IMG/VR virus record: IMGVR_UViG_3300035191_000049
Reading direction: 5' to 3' (one strand)
Length of the DNA: 30,165 bases
Origin: a virus
Shown: positions 23,450-30,165 of the stretch, in pieces
Layout: each line of letters begins with the position of its first letter
Numbering within the stretch: the stretch's first letter is position 1
The notes under the pieces: model-generated
What the model was told of the DNA's origin: nothing
The model's input: the letters and a program-made list of their open reading frames with translations, nothing else
Database searches by the model: none
Position numbers and translations under genes: made by a program

Positions 23450-23737
23450 GTGAGCAATCTCAAAGCCGACATTATCCAGTCAGGCGTTGAAATCGAGAGG
23501 ACCGCTCCTGGCGAGTTCCTGATCATTCACCAGAAACAGCGTCGAATGGGAATCAAGTTCTTACCGACCGGCCAATGGCAGATCACTACGCCCAATGAAA
23601 AGACGCTCATCGGTGACGCGCTCAAGATGATGACGATCCTGAAGGGGCATTGCGGGCTGGATACAGCGATTGCTCCAGTCCTAGCGACGGTGATCGACCT
23701 GGAAATGCAGGCTCGTAAAGACTCCGAGTTCGTCTAA
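23450..23737 (+). CDS. hypothetical protein (95 aa)
   Basis: GTG start after AGGAGAA SD. Confidence 0.5.
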   Translation: MSNLKADIIQSGVEIERTAPGEFLIIHQKQRRMGIKFLPTGQWQITTPNEKTLIGDALKMMTILKGHCGLDTAIAPVLATVIDLEMQARKDSEFV

Positions 23738-23964
23738 TGGCCGCAATCGCCCCACCAGGAGGACGGCCACACCTACTCGAAGCGATGAAGCTCGCAGGGC
23801 TTCTTCGGGAACAGAGCAAGACACTCAACTGGAAAGAGATGCAGCTTCTCGCCGTCAAGAACGACATCCGTCACCTTCAGCGTGCTTTGTTTTCCGCCAT
23901 CGAGGTCGGTATGATCGACGTCCAGTTCAGCGCACCCGACAGGAGCACCGATGGGGAAGGGTAA
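23737..23964 (+). CDS. hypothetical protein (75 aa)
   Basis: TAATG overlap. GC3 bias. Confidence 0.45.
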   Translation: MAAIAPPGGRPHLLEAMKLAGLLREQSKTLNWKEMQLLAVKNDIRHLQRALFSAIEVGMIDVQFSAPDRSTDGEG

Positions 23965-24487
23965 AAGGGGACGAGTCACTCACAGGGTACCGTCTCGTCG
24001 AAAAAAGAAATCGGCAGAGAAGCCCTCGATTCAAATCAAGCGGATTCAGCGGGTCATCCAGGCGACGGTTCCGGATGACATGAGCTTGAAACAGCTCGCC
24101 GAGCTGTACCGCTACGAGGGTATGCACCTCGGAATGAAGATCGCCGTCGGACTCCCAGACGGGCTCGTCGACCAGGTCTCGCTGGGAGAAATGCCGACCA
24201 GGGTCGAGACCATCAAACTCTGCCGAATGATCGGTGAGGGGCTCAGGGCAGCGCTCCGGAAGACGTTGGCTCACCTGGAGACGCTCCAGGCTGATATTGA
24301 AAACGCCGCTGGTTACGTTCCGGCTGGTGACGAAGAAAACATCGTTCCGGACGACTTCGTCCGTCTCATTACGCTGCCCGAAGACGAGGGCGGCGGCACC
24401 TGCGCCGAGTTGGATCCCGCGCGTCGCTGCATCGGGTCGACTCCAGCAGAAGCCCTAAGAGCCCTTGCCGATGTCCTCGAAAGCTAG
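23951..24487 (+). CDS. hypothetical protein with basic N-terminus (178 aa)
   Basis: N-terminus GKGKRGRVTHRVPSRRKKKS. GC3 bias. Confidence 0.55.
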   Translation: MGKGKRGRVTHRVPSRRKKKSAEKPSIQIKRIQRVIQATVPDDMSLKQLAELYRYEGMHLGMKIAVGLPDGLVDQVSLGEMPTRVETIKLCRMIGEGLRAALRKTLAHLETLQADIENAAGYVPAGDEENIVPDDFVRLITLPEDEGGGTCAELDPARRCIGSTPAEALRALADVLES

Positions 24488-24719
24488 TGAGAAAATCCTC
24501 GCCGCCCACAGAGCGAGCTACGGTCGCGACATGATCCGCAACCTCCGCATCGAGGGCCGGTGCTTTACTTGCCTGATGCGCGAAGAGCTGTACCCGGCCA
24601 CTCACCCTGAGAGCGGATCAAGAATCTATCTGTGTGAGTACTGCAAGCTCGATCAGGAGCTGAAGGAGGCGTTCGAGCAGAGTATTTTCAGCCCTCGATC
24701 TGCCCTGTCAGCTTCTTGA
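24465..24719 (+). CDS. small zinc-ribbon protein (84 aa)
   Basis: CFTC-x20-CEYC. ATG 24471 is an alternative start. The 3' end overlaps the convergent gene 24688-24999 by 32 nt. Confidence 0.5.
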   Translation: MPMSSKASEKILAAHRASYGRDMIRNLRIEGRCFTCLMREELYPATHPESGSRIYLCEYCKLDQELKEAFEQSIFSPRSALSAS

Positions 24720-24999
24720 ACGTCTCGGCGTGCCGATCGAAGGTTCTCTGAGCCATTGCCATAGAGTAGGCACTCTCAACCAACCCCTTCGACACCTCGA
24801 CACCTTCAGCGTTGTAGAACCCCATCTGGCTCAGCTCTTCGCTCGTCGTCTCGAAGACGCACATGCGGCCGTCCCAGAAATAGATGACCAGATGGACACC
24901 ATGCGTCTTGGCGATGATGCGGTCGATGGTGACTTTCATGCCGTGAGATAGATGGAGATCGCTCGGTGTGATGTCCTGCTTGACGTGGGTTGCTTTCAT
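24688..24999 (-). CDS. paralog family member 6: stand-alone copy of the shared module (103 aa)
   Basis: HLVIYFWDGRMCVFETTSEELSQMGFYNAEG aligns with DDDGDLLIFEYDASEDETLAEMGYEPTE of member 1. GC3-rich on the minus strand. Its start lies 26 nt from palindrome site 5. Confidence 0.6.
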   Translation of the reverse strand: MKATHVKQDITPSDLHLSHGMKVTIDRIIAKTHGVHLVIYFWDGRMCVFETTSEELSQMGFYNAEGVEVSKGLVESAYSMAMAQRTFDRHAETFKKLTGQIEG

Positions 25000-25024
25000 T
25001 TTTTCCGGAGCCCCCTTTTATGAT

Positions 25025-25054
25025 GTTGCATATGCTACCTTTCTTCCATATAAT
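25025..25054 (+). promoter_or_regulatory. site 5: palindrome GTTGCATATGCTAC (25025-25038) embedded in a sigma70-like promoter TTGCAT (25026-25031) - 17 nt - TATAAT (25049-25054)
   Basis: Near-consensus -10 with exact 17-nt spacing. T-tracts upstream. Lies between the leftward gene start 24999 and the rightward gene 25199. Confidence 0.6.
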
Positions 25055-25198
25055 GGCTCAGGTGTCAATGTGGATGGCAGGGAGTGCACAGGACGGGACG
25101 AGCATATCGTCTTTTGGATCGATGGACTAATCTCCGATCCATTCGACAGGTATGGCCTCTGCTCGTCTTCTCTGCCATCGAGGGAATATGTAACGACC

Positions 25199-26998
25199 AT
25201 GGGTCGCCAAGACGGGATATTCGGCGACGACGATGACGACGGCGTCTTCGGCCCTCAGTCCGACGACGTAGGCGCATCGCGTGACGCCACCTGGCAGCGC
25301 CTGGAAACCTCACCAGAGGTCCCAAGGACGCGTGACTCCGTCTATCTGCGCCACTGGGACAACGACCTTTCCGTGAAGCAGCCAACTGACCTGTCGCTAC
25401 TCGACCGAGACCTCGCCTCCCAAAGAAGCGCGCCGCGAGTGGCTCAAAAGTCGTCTTTCCGACCTGGAGGACCGCCAAAGATCGTGACTATTGGTGACAT
25501 GCTGAAGGCTCACAGGGACTTCACTGGGATACAGGTCAAGCGATGTCAGCCCCAGACATGGAAGGGCCAGCAGGTTGCTGGGTTTCTTGCGACCTATGAC
25601 CACCCCATCGACGCTGACTTCATCAAGAAGCACCACGGCGGCGGCGTGTACGACGTCACCGTTCGAGGGCCTTCACCGAAAGGTACAGGCCGAAACGTTT
25701 TTCTCGACAGCATGCGGGTCAAGATTTCCGGAGATCCGCTACTCCTCACCGACGCAAAAAAGGAGGAGGACGAAAATAAGATGCCCTTCTCGCGAAAGAT
25801 TTCAAGAGTCGAATTTCTCGAAGGTCTGCACCGCTTCCTTTCGACAGCAGAACTGGAAGATCACAACGACGCGAGACGTCCATTCTTTACCAAGCAACAG
25901 CTTCTGCGACACTTCATCGATATCGACAACACCATCTCCAGCATCTCGCTCGAAAATCGGTGGCAGGAGTATATTCAGGGCTTCCAATGGAGCGTTGGCG
26001 TATCAACATGGAGAACCAATGAAGCGGTTCTCAATAATGACGTCGATAGGACGCTCTGGGAAATAACTAACCAGCTCGCCCAGGCAAAGAACCTCGACGA
26101 GCAGGAAGCGCAGGGCCTCATTGCAGAGCCAGAGACGCAGCTCGTCTCGACACCGACGGACCCAGTGCTTCTTCAAGCCATTGAGAGCGTGGCAAGCGAG
26201 CTGCGCATGACCCGAGAGCAGATGCCCTATCAGCCAGACCAGTGGCAGCTCGCCCAAAGGAGAATGGAGGACGAGCAGCGCGCCCGAGAGCTTCTCGAAG
26301 CGATAAATAATGTCGGCGGAAACATTAGCCAATTGAACAGCCAAATGGGTGATATCTACCACGGGCTCGACGCGCTGGTGCAGTACCAGCTCGAAGCTCA
26401 AAGAATGAAAGAGTTGGCAGCGCGTGAGGCTGCCACGAATCCAGAGAGGATGACCATGGCAGAGAGAATCAAGAACGCAGCGCTCGAAACCGGCACCGGC
26501 GTCGTCAGCGCCTTCCAGGAGGGGCTCAAGATATCGGGCTCACAACGCCTGAGCAAGAAAGTGGTCAGCGTCTTCCACAGCAAGCTCGGTCAACACATCC
26601 CAGGCGCTGAGACAGCGGTGGGTCAGAAGGTCGAGCAACTCATGATCCCAGCGCTCGTCCACTTTATGTCGAGCGCCTTCTCCGACAAGGTGCCAAAGGC
26701 AGACCTCGTGCAGCGCACCTGCCTCCGAGCCATCACCGGTGAAGCCAAGGACTCAGGCGACGAGCTGCTCGACCTGTTCCTCCCGGTCTTCGGTGAGATC
26801 GCATCGATGGATTCGATGACTGACCTCGCCTCGCAGTTCGCGCAGGAGGACACCCCGGAGATGGCGGAAAAGTCCAGCGCCCAGTCGCTCAGCGAGTCCA
26901 TCGCGGGACAACTCGATGGTCTTCAGGACGGAGACAAGGTCGAGATCACCGTCAAGCGATCCAGCGACCAGAAGGTTGCGGCCGAGGCCGACGAGTAA
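25199..26998 (+). CDS. hypothetical protein (599 aa): poly-Asp N-terminus, long Q/E-rich helical region
   Basis: The ORF-track start 24968 overlaps the reverse gene and the promoter. GC3 bias is strong only from ATG 25199 onward. GTG 25070 is an alternative start. Confidence 0.55.
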   Translation: MGRQDGIFGDDDDDGVFGPQSDDVGASRDATWQRLETSPEVPRTRDSVYLRHWDNDLSVKQPTDLSLLDRDLASQRSAPRVAQKSSFRPGGPPKIVTIGDMLKAHRDFTGIQVKRCQPQTWKGQQVAGFLATYDHPIDADFIKKHHGGGVYDVTVRGPSPKGTGRNVFLDSMRVKISGDPLLLTDAKKEEDENKMPFSRKISRVEFLEGLHRFLSTAELEDHNDARRPFFTKQQLLRHFIDIDNTISSISLENRWQEYIQGFQWSVGVSTWRTNEAVLNNDVDRTLWEITNQLAQAKNLDEQEAQGLIAEPETQLVSTPTDPVLLQAIESVASELRMTREQMPYQPDQWQLAQRRMEDEQRARELLEAINNVGGNISQLNSQMGDIYHGLDALVQYQLEAQRMKELAAREAATNPERMTMAERIKNAALETGTGVVSAFQEGLKISGSQRLSKKVVSVFHSKLGQHIPGAETAVGQKVEQLMIPALVHFMSSAFSDKVPKADLVQRTCLRAITGEAKDSGDELLDLFLPVFGEIASMDSMTDLASQFAQEDTPEMAEKSSAQSLSESIAGQLDGLQDGDKVEITVKRSSDQKVAAEADE

Positions 26999-27162
26999 GA
27001 GCGTCTAGTCAGGGGTTCTTCATGGGAAAGGCGGAACCTGCTGGGATATGCCCGTGGTTCGAACACGGCACGGGGCACTGCATGCACCCGGCGCCACAAT
27101 TCGGCCACTGTGCACTACCACTTTTTCCAGAACAATGCCCTGTTAGCCCCCAAGAGAGGCGA

Positions 27163-27708
27163 ATGATGTCTGACCCCGACACGTTGAAGCTGACCCCGAA
27201 GGAGCGGTTGGAAGCCATCGCCGCCCAGATAAAGAGCCTCGAAGAGCAGAGGCGCGAGATCTATCGCGCGAGCCTCGAAGCGCCAGACGACGAGAAGGTC
27301 TGTGCCGACGTCCTCGCCGAGATGTGCGCCGAGGAACCCTGGGGTACCTTCGAGTACCCGATCGAGGTCCACGGCATCAACTGGGAAGACGGGATGGGCC
27401 GAGACTTTCCGCCGAGGCTCGTCCAGGTCAAGCCTTGTAATGAGGAGAAGACCTACGTCGGCATCCTCGTCGGCGACCTTCCCCTCGGTGTCGGAATAAC
27501 GTTTCACGCCGAGAGTGGAGTGTTGACTGCATCGCCGACGCACTACAACCCGGCGATCGTCGTCCCTGAGCTTCGCCGTATCGTCATGGGAGCTGAGTCC
27601 TGGTGGTCACCGATCGAGAGTGAGGACCAGCTTACTCAGATCGCCGACGAAGACATCGAGGGCGTCTGGTACGTCAAGGCGCTGAAGTCGTTCATCGGAG
27701 AAGAGTGA
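27163..27708 (+). CDS. hypothetical protein (181 aa)
   Basis: ATGATG 27163 preceded by AGAGAGG. Strong GC3 bias starts here. The ORF-track start 27022 lies in a weakly biased region. Confidence 0.55.
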   Translation: MMSDPDTLKLTPKERLEAIAAQIKSLEEQRREIYRASLEAPDDEKVCADVLAEMCAEEPWGTFEYPIEVHGINWEDGMGRDFPPRLVQVKPCNEEKTYVGILVGDLPLGVGITFHAESGVLTASPTHYNPAIVVPELRRIVMGAESWWSPIESEDQLTQIADEDIEGVWYVKALKSFIGEE

Positions 27709-28031
27709 TGGCCCTGTTCTACGGCGATATGATCACGTTCTGGTCCAAGCTTATGGCGAAGATCCGGCCCACGATGATGTCTTCTGACGGCTGGCCGCTC
27801 TCCCATCTGAAATGGGAAGGGCTAACCGAAGAGCAGCAGACATCGATACGCGTTGAGTTCGACGAGATGCTCTGCAAGCTTGGACGCCACGACTACGAGT
27901 ACGTCGACTCATTCGTGGATGACGGCGACTCGCAGAAATTCGAACTGCGCTGTTTCCATTGCGGTGCAGTTAAGAGCGGGACTCAGCACAACGACGAGTA
28001 CAAGCGGTGGCGCGATAAGAGAGAGGTGTGA
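27705..28031 (+). CDS. hypothetical protein (108 aa)
   Basis: GTGATG overlaps the upstream TGA. C-terminal CFHC. Confidence 0.55.
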   Translation: MMALFYGDMITFWSKLMAKIRPTMMSSDGWPLSHLKWEGLTEEQQTSIRVEFDEMLCKLGRHDYEYVDSFVDDGDSQKFELRCFHCGAVKSGTQHNDEYKRWRDKREV

Positions 28032-28032
28032 G

Positions 28033-28746
28033 ATGAAACTCAAACGCGACAAACGAGTCGGTATATTCTTCAGTTACAACTCAGAGATCGCGCGCTTTCT
28101 CGGATATGCTCGGTTTCACGGGGACCAAGAGCTTTCCGAGGCTGCCATCGAACGCCTTGCCGTCGCCGGTGAGTTCGATGGCAGCAATGTCAACCTCGGT
28201 CGATCCACGAGGGCCAAGAGCGAAAGCCGACAGGAAAAGTTTTGCCTCGAAAAGGACGGCCTCATCATCTACGGCCAAGAATGTTGTTACGCAGATGAGA
28301 CGCGTACCAAACGACTCCTCAAGAACGCCAAGAAAGTAGAGGAGGTTGACATCGAGGAGCTGCGCAAGAAGGAGAAAGCGCGCCAGGAAGCACTCAGCGA
28401 CCTGACTGGCAGTCGCGTCATTCACGGCTTTGTCCAGATCAATGTCTCATTCAGGATGGCTCACGTTCGCGAGGGCGAAGAGCTGGAAGACCTGATCGTG
28501 AAACAGCTTCTTCGCGCCGGAAAATACGACACGACACCATTCGCCGGCTGCCTCAAAGATGACATCGAAGTAAAGGTCAGACAGGATGATTGGCACTTCT
28601 GCGCTATCGATGAGTCGCACGGGCTCGCCACCGAGGTCGCCTACGTTAAGACGCGAGGCAAGGACTTGCCGCTCTGCCTCGCCTGCTATGCGGAAGCAAC
28701 CGGTACCACCGTCGAGAAGCTGAACACAATAAGAAGTAAGAGATGA
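28033..28746 (+). CDS. hypothetical protein (237 aa)
   Basis: ATG 28033 lies 1 nt after the upstream TGA, with GAGAGAGG SD. The ORF-track start 27853 is a frame extension through the previous gene. Confidence 0.6.
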   Translation: MKLKRDKRVGIFFSYNSEIARFLGYARFHGDQELSEAAIERLAVAGEFDGSNVNLGRSTRAKSESRQEKFCLEKDGLIIYGQECCYADETRTKRLLKNAKKVEEVDIEELRKKEKARQEALSDLTGSRVIHGFVQINVSFRMAHVREGEELEDLIVKQLLRAGKYDTTPFAGCLKDDIEVKVRQDDWHFCAIDESHGLATEVAYVKTRGKDLPLCLACYAEATGTTVEKLNTIRSKR

Positions 28747-28865
28747 AACCATTTACGTAAAGACTCGAACCATGGCCAACACATTCCCTGAAAAATGCAA
28801 AGTCGCGCGCTCCACCGAGGTCATCGAACAGATGGACCACGAGAACTTGGAGACAGAACTATCGC

Positions 28866-29399
28866 ATGAAGGGAATGAGACCCATGACACGTATCCTACT
28901 GGACCTCGCCGGGCTGGAGCGCCTCATCGGTGGCGACAACGAGGCCGAAATCAAGATTCGCGAATGCATCGTCCAGACGTTCGCGAAGAAGCACCTGAAG
29001 AAACTCGTCAACGCACAGGCATTCCAGCCGAAGCTCGACGAGATCAAGGAAGCCGTCCAGGCGGAGTTTCAGGCGCAAATCCCCATCAAGGTGAAAAAGT
29101 CGACACACTGGAACAGCCGCGACCAGTACATCCTCGACGAGCGGCATCCGACGTGCCAGAAGCTCAAGCAGCTCATCAAGGAGGAGGCGGAGTCGCTGAT
29201 GAAGGACATCCTCAGGACGGTCAAGGCCGAAATCCGCGAGGAGTGGACTTCTCTCATCGAAAAGACCCGCCTAAGGCTCCTCGAAGAGATTCAAAAGGCG
29301 GTCAAGAAAAACATCGACGACGCCTTCGAGGCGACGGTCAAGGCCGAGGTCAACCGTCGCTTTCAGGCGATCGCTGCTCAGGTGGCGCAGGAGGGCTGA
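28866..29399 (+). CDS. hypothetical helical protein (177 aa)
   Basis: Strong GC3 bias and helical K/E-rich composition. ATG 28884, with AAGGGA SD, is an alternative start. The overlapping frame 28772-29407 becomes R/G/P-rich junk downstream. Confidence 0.55.
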   Translation: MKGMRPMTRILLDLAGLERLIGGDNEAEIKIRECIVQTFAKKHLKKLVNAQAFQPKLDEIKEAVQAEFQAQIPIKVKKSTHWNSRDQYILDERHPTCQKLKQLIKEEAESLMKDILRTVKAEIREEWTSLIEKTRLRLLEEIQKAVKKNIDDAFEATVKAEVNRRFQAIAAQVAQEG

Positions 29400-29588
29400 A
29401 TGTCTGAACGACGAATTTGCACCAAGGAACGGCCATACGATCGTGATAACCCAGAACACGAGGGGCAATGGGCGCACCCGGACGCCTATGAGGTTGGTGA
29501 GCAAAAGAACGGCTGGCCTGCTGGCGATATCCAGGGCTACAAGTGCCCGCACTGTAAAAAGTATTTCGAGGTGGAGCTTCCACAGTAG
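29400..29588 (+). CDS. small hypothetical protein (62 aa) with CPHC
   Basis: TGAATG junction with the upstream gene. Confidence 0.45.
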   Translation: MSERRICTKERPYDRDNPEHEGQWAHPDAYEVGEQKNGWPAGDIQGYKCPHCKKYFEVELPQ

Positions 29589-29611
29589 GCCGCAGGAGAA
29601 GGAGATTTCTC

Positions 29612-29830
29612 ATGAAAGTCGAGTGCGAGGTCAACTACGAAGACTTAGAAGGCGCCCACGGGCCTGTTGAAGGCGTCCGCGTCATCTGCGGGCGCTGCGG
29701 ACATGAGGTCACGTCTTTCGGAACGACGGGGCGGTCGGTGCGCCGTTGCATGGCCATGCTCAAAGACCAGTGCCCCTGGAACGAGAACAACTACTACGTC
29801 GCCGAGGACGGATCAGACGAAGAGGACTGA
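29612..29830 (+). CDS. small zinc-ribbon protein (72 aa)
   Basis: AGGAGAAGGAG SD. CGRCGH...C-x8-C. Confidence 0.5.
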   Translation: MKVECEVNYEDLEGAHGPVEGVRVICGRCGHEVTSFGTTGRSVRRCMAMLKDQCPWNENNYYVAEDGSDEED

Positions 29831-29842
29831 AGGGAGCTGACG

Positions 29843-30127
29843 GTGGAAGGTGAGAGGGAGCAGAGGCAAGCGCTGATGACGCTGTTCAAGACGTTCGGAG
29901 TTGCCTGCATCGAGTGCGGAGACATCGACGAGAACATGATGGACCGCGGAGACGGCACCAAGATCTGCGCTCAGTGCATCGCGCTTCAAGCCGCAGACGA
30001 GGGCGAACGGAGTGGCAACATCTCCAAGGAGATGGCCGACGAGATTCGTCGCAGGGTCGAAATGCACCGGCGTGGAGAGGACGTGCCACCATGGGACTAC
30101 GGGAACATCAGCAACACCAGGACTTGA
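29843..30127 (+). CDS. small zinc-ribbon protein (94 aa)
   Basis: GTG start after AAGGGA. CIECGD...CAQC. Confidence 0.5.
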   Translation: MEGEREQRQALMTLFKTFGVACIECGDIDENMMDRGDGTKICAQCIALQAADEGERSGNISKEMADEIRRRVEMHRRGEDVPPWDYGNISNTRT

Positions 30128-30131
30128 TTTT

Positions 30132-30165
30132 ATGTTGGAAAGCAAGTTTGAGGTCGCCTGCTGGC
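30132..30165 (+). CDS. 5' end of a further gene (partial, runs off the window)
   Basis: ATG 30132 lies 4 nt after the upstream TGA. The reading frame MLESKFEVACW stays open to the end of the window. Confidence 0.3.
   Translation, partial: MLESKFEVACW

Noticed and set aside
26999-27162. 164-nt intergenic region with T-tract + CCAGAACA and GCACTGCATGCACC as another site of the palindrome family
   Set aside because: It shares only loose similarity (a T-tract and a GCATGC core) and has no TGGACA or full palindrome. It probably holds a promoter, but of a different type.
28772-29407. 211-aa ORF overlapping gene 28866-29399
   Set aside because: After ~30 codons it turns into an R/G/P-rich off-frame translation. 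I kept only its 5' part as a possible leader or frameshift candidate.
1-30165. CRISPR arrays, tRNA/rRNA genes, integrase/attachment sites, virion structural genes
   Set aside because: I saw no spaced direct-repeat arrays, no cloverleaf-like GC-balanced 75-nt islands in intergenic gaps (the gaps are too short and are taken up by the promoter motif), and no recombinase, portal, capsid or terminase motifs. I could not run a full tRNA scan by eye.

Overview
High-GC (~60%) phage-like segment (phage or prophage early/accessory region). About 55 tightly packed, mostly small genes run left to right, many joined by ATGA/GTGA/TGATG start-stop overlaps. Three single genes run right to left (5739-6485, 21289-21876, 24688-24999). 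There are many Cys-rich mini-proteins (CxxC...CxxC). I saw no rRNA, tRNA, CRISPR array, integrase or obvious virion structural genes. Recognisable products: a beta-class DNA amino-methyltransferase (DPPY then FCGSGS), a NUDIX hydrolase with a perfect Nudix box, a TARG1/DarG-like macro domain, two SAM-fold (Rossmann) enzymes, a CxxCxxCC (YkgJ-like) protein and a protein with two DnaJ-type CxxCxGxG zinc fingers. Two features stand out. (1) A six-member paralogous family: five tandem genes at 1269-5791 plus a short reverse-strand copy at 24688-24999. All share a ~45-aa N-terminal module (consensus h-x-h-x-C-[DE]...I-x-[FY]-E-[DH]-G-S-[FM]-E...[YF]-D-x-x-E-[DE]-x-x-L-x-E-M-G-Y-x3-4-[DE]-C) joined to dissimilar C-terminal regions. 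I do not recognise it as a described family. (2) A recurrent promoter/operator-like element, T-tract + TGGACA + 6-7 nt + the 14-bp perfect palindrome GTAGCATATGCTAC (variants GTTGCATATGTTAC, GTAGCACATGCTAC). It occurs at five intergenic sites: two ahead of rightward gene blocks and one in each of the three divergent regions that lead the leftward genes. Together with the MTase, NUDIX, macro-domain and SAM-enzyme genes, this reads as a host-takeover/counter-defence island. Gene starts were refined by hand; several ORF-track entries are 5' over-extensions caused by GC-rich open frames. All coordinates are anchored to the ORF track, and every functional call rests on motif recognition from memory, not a database search.
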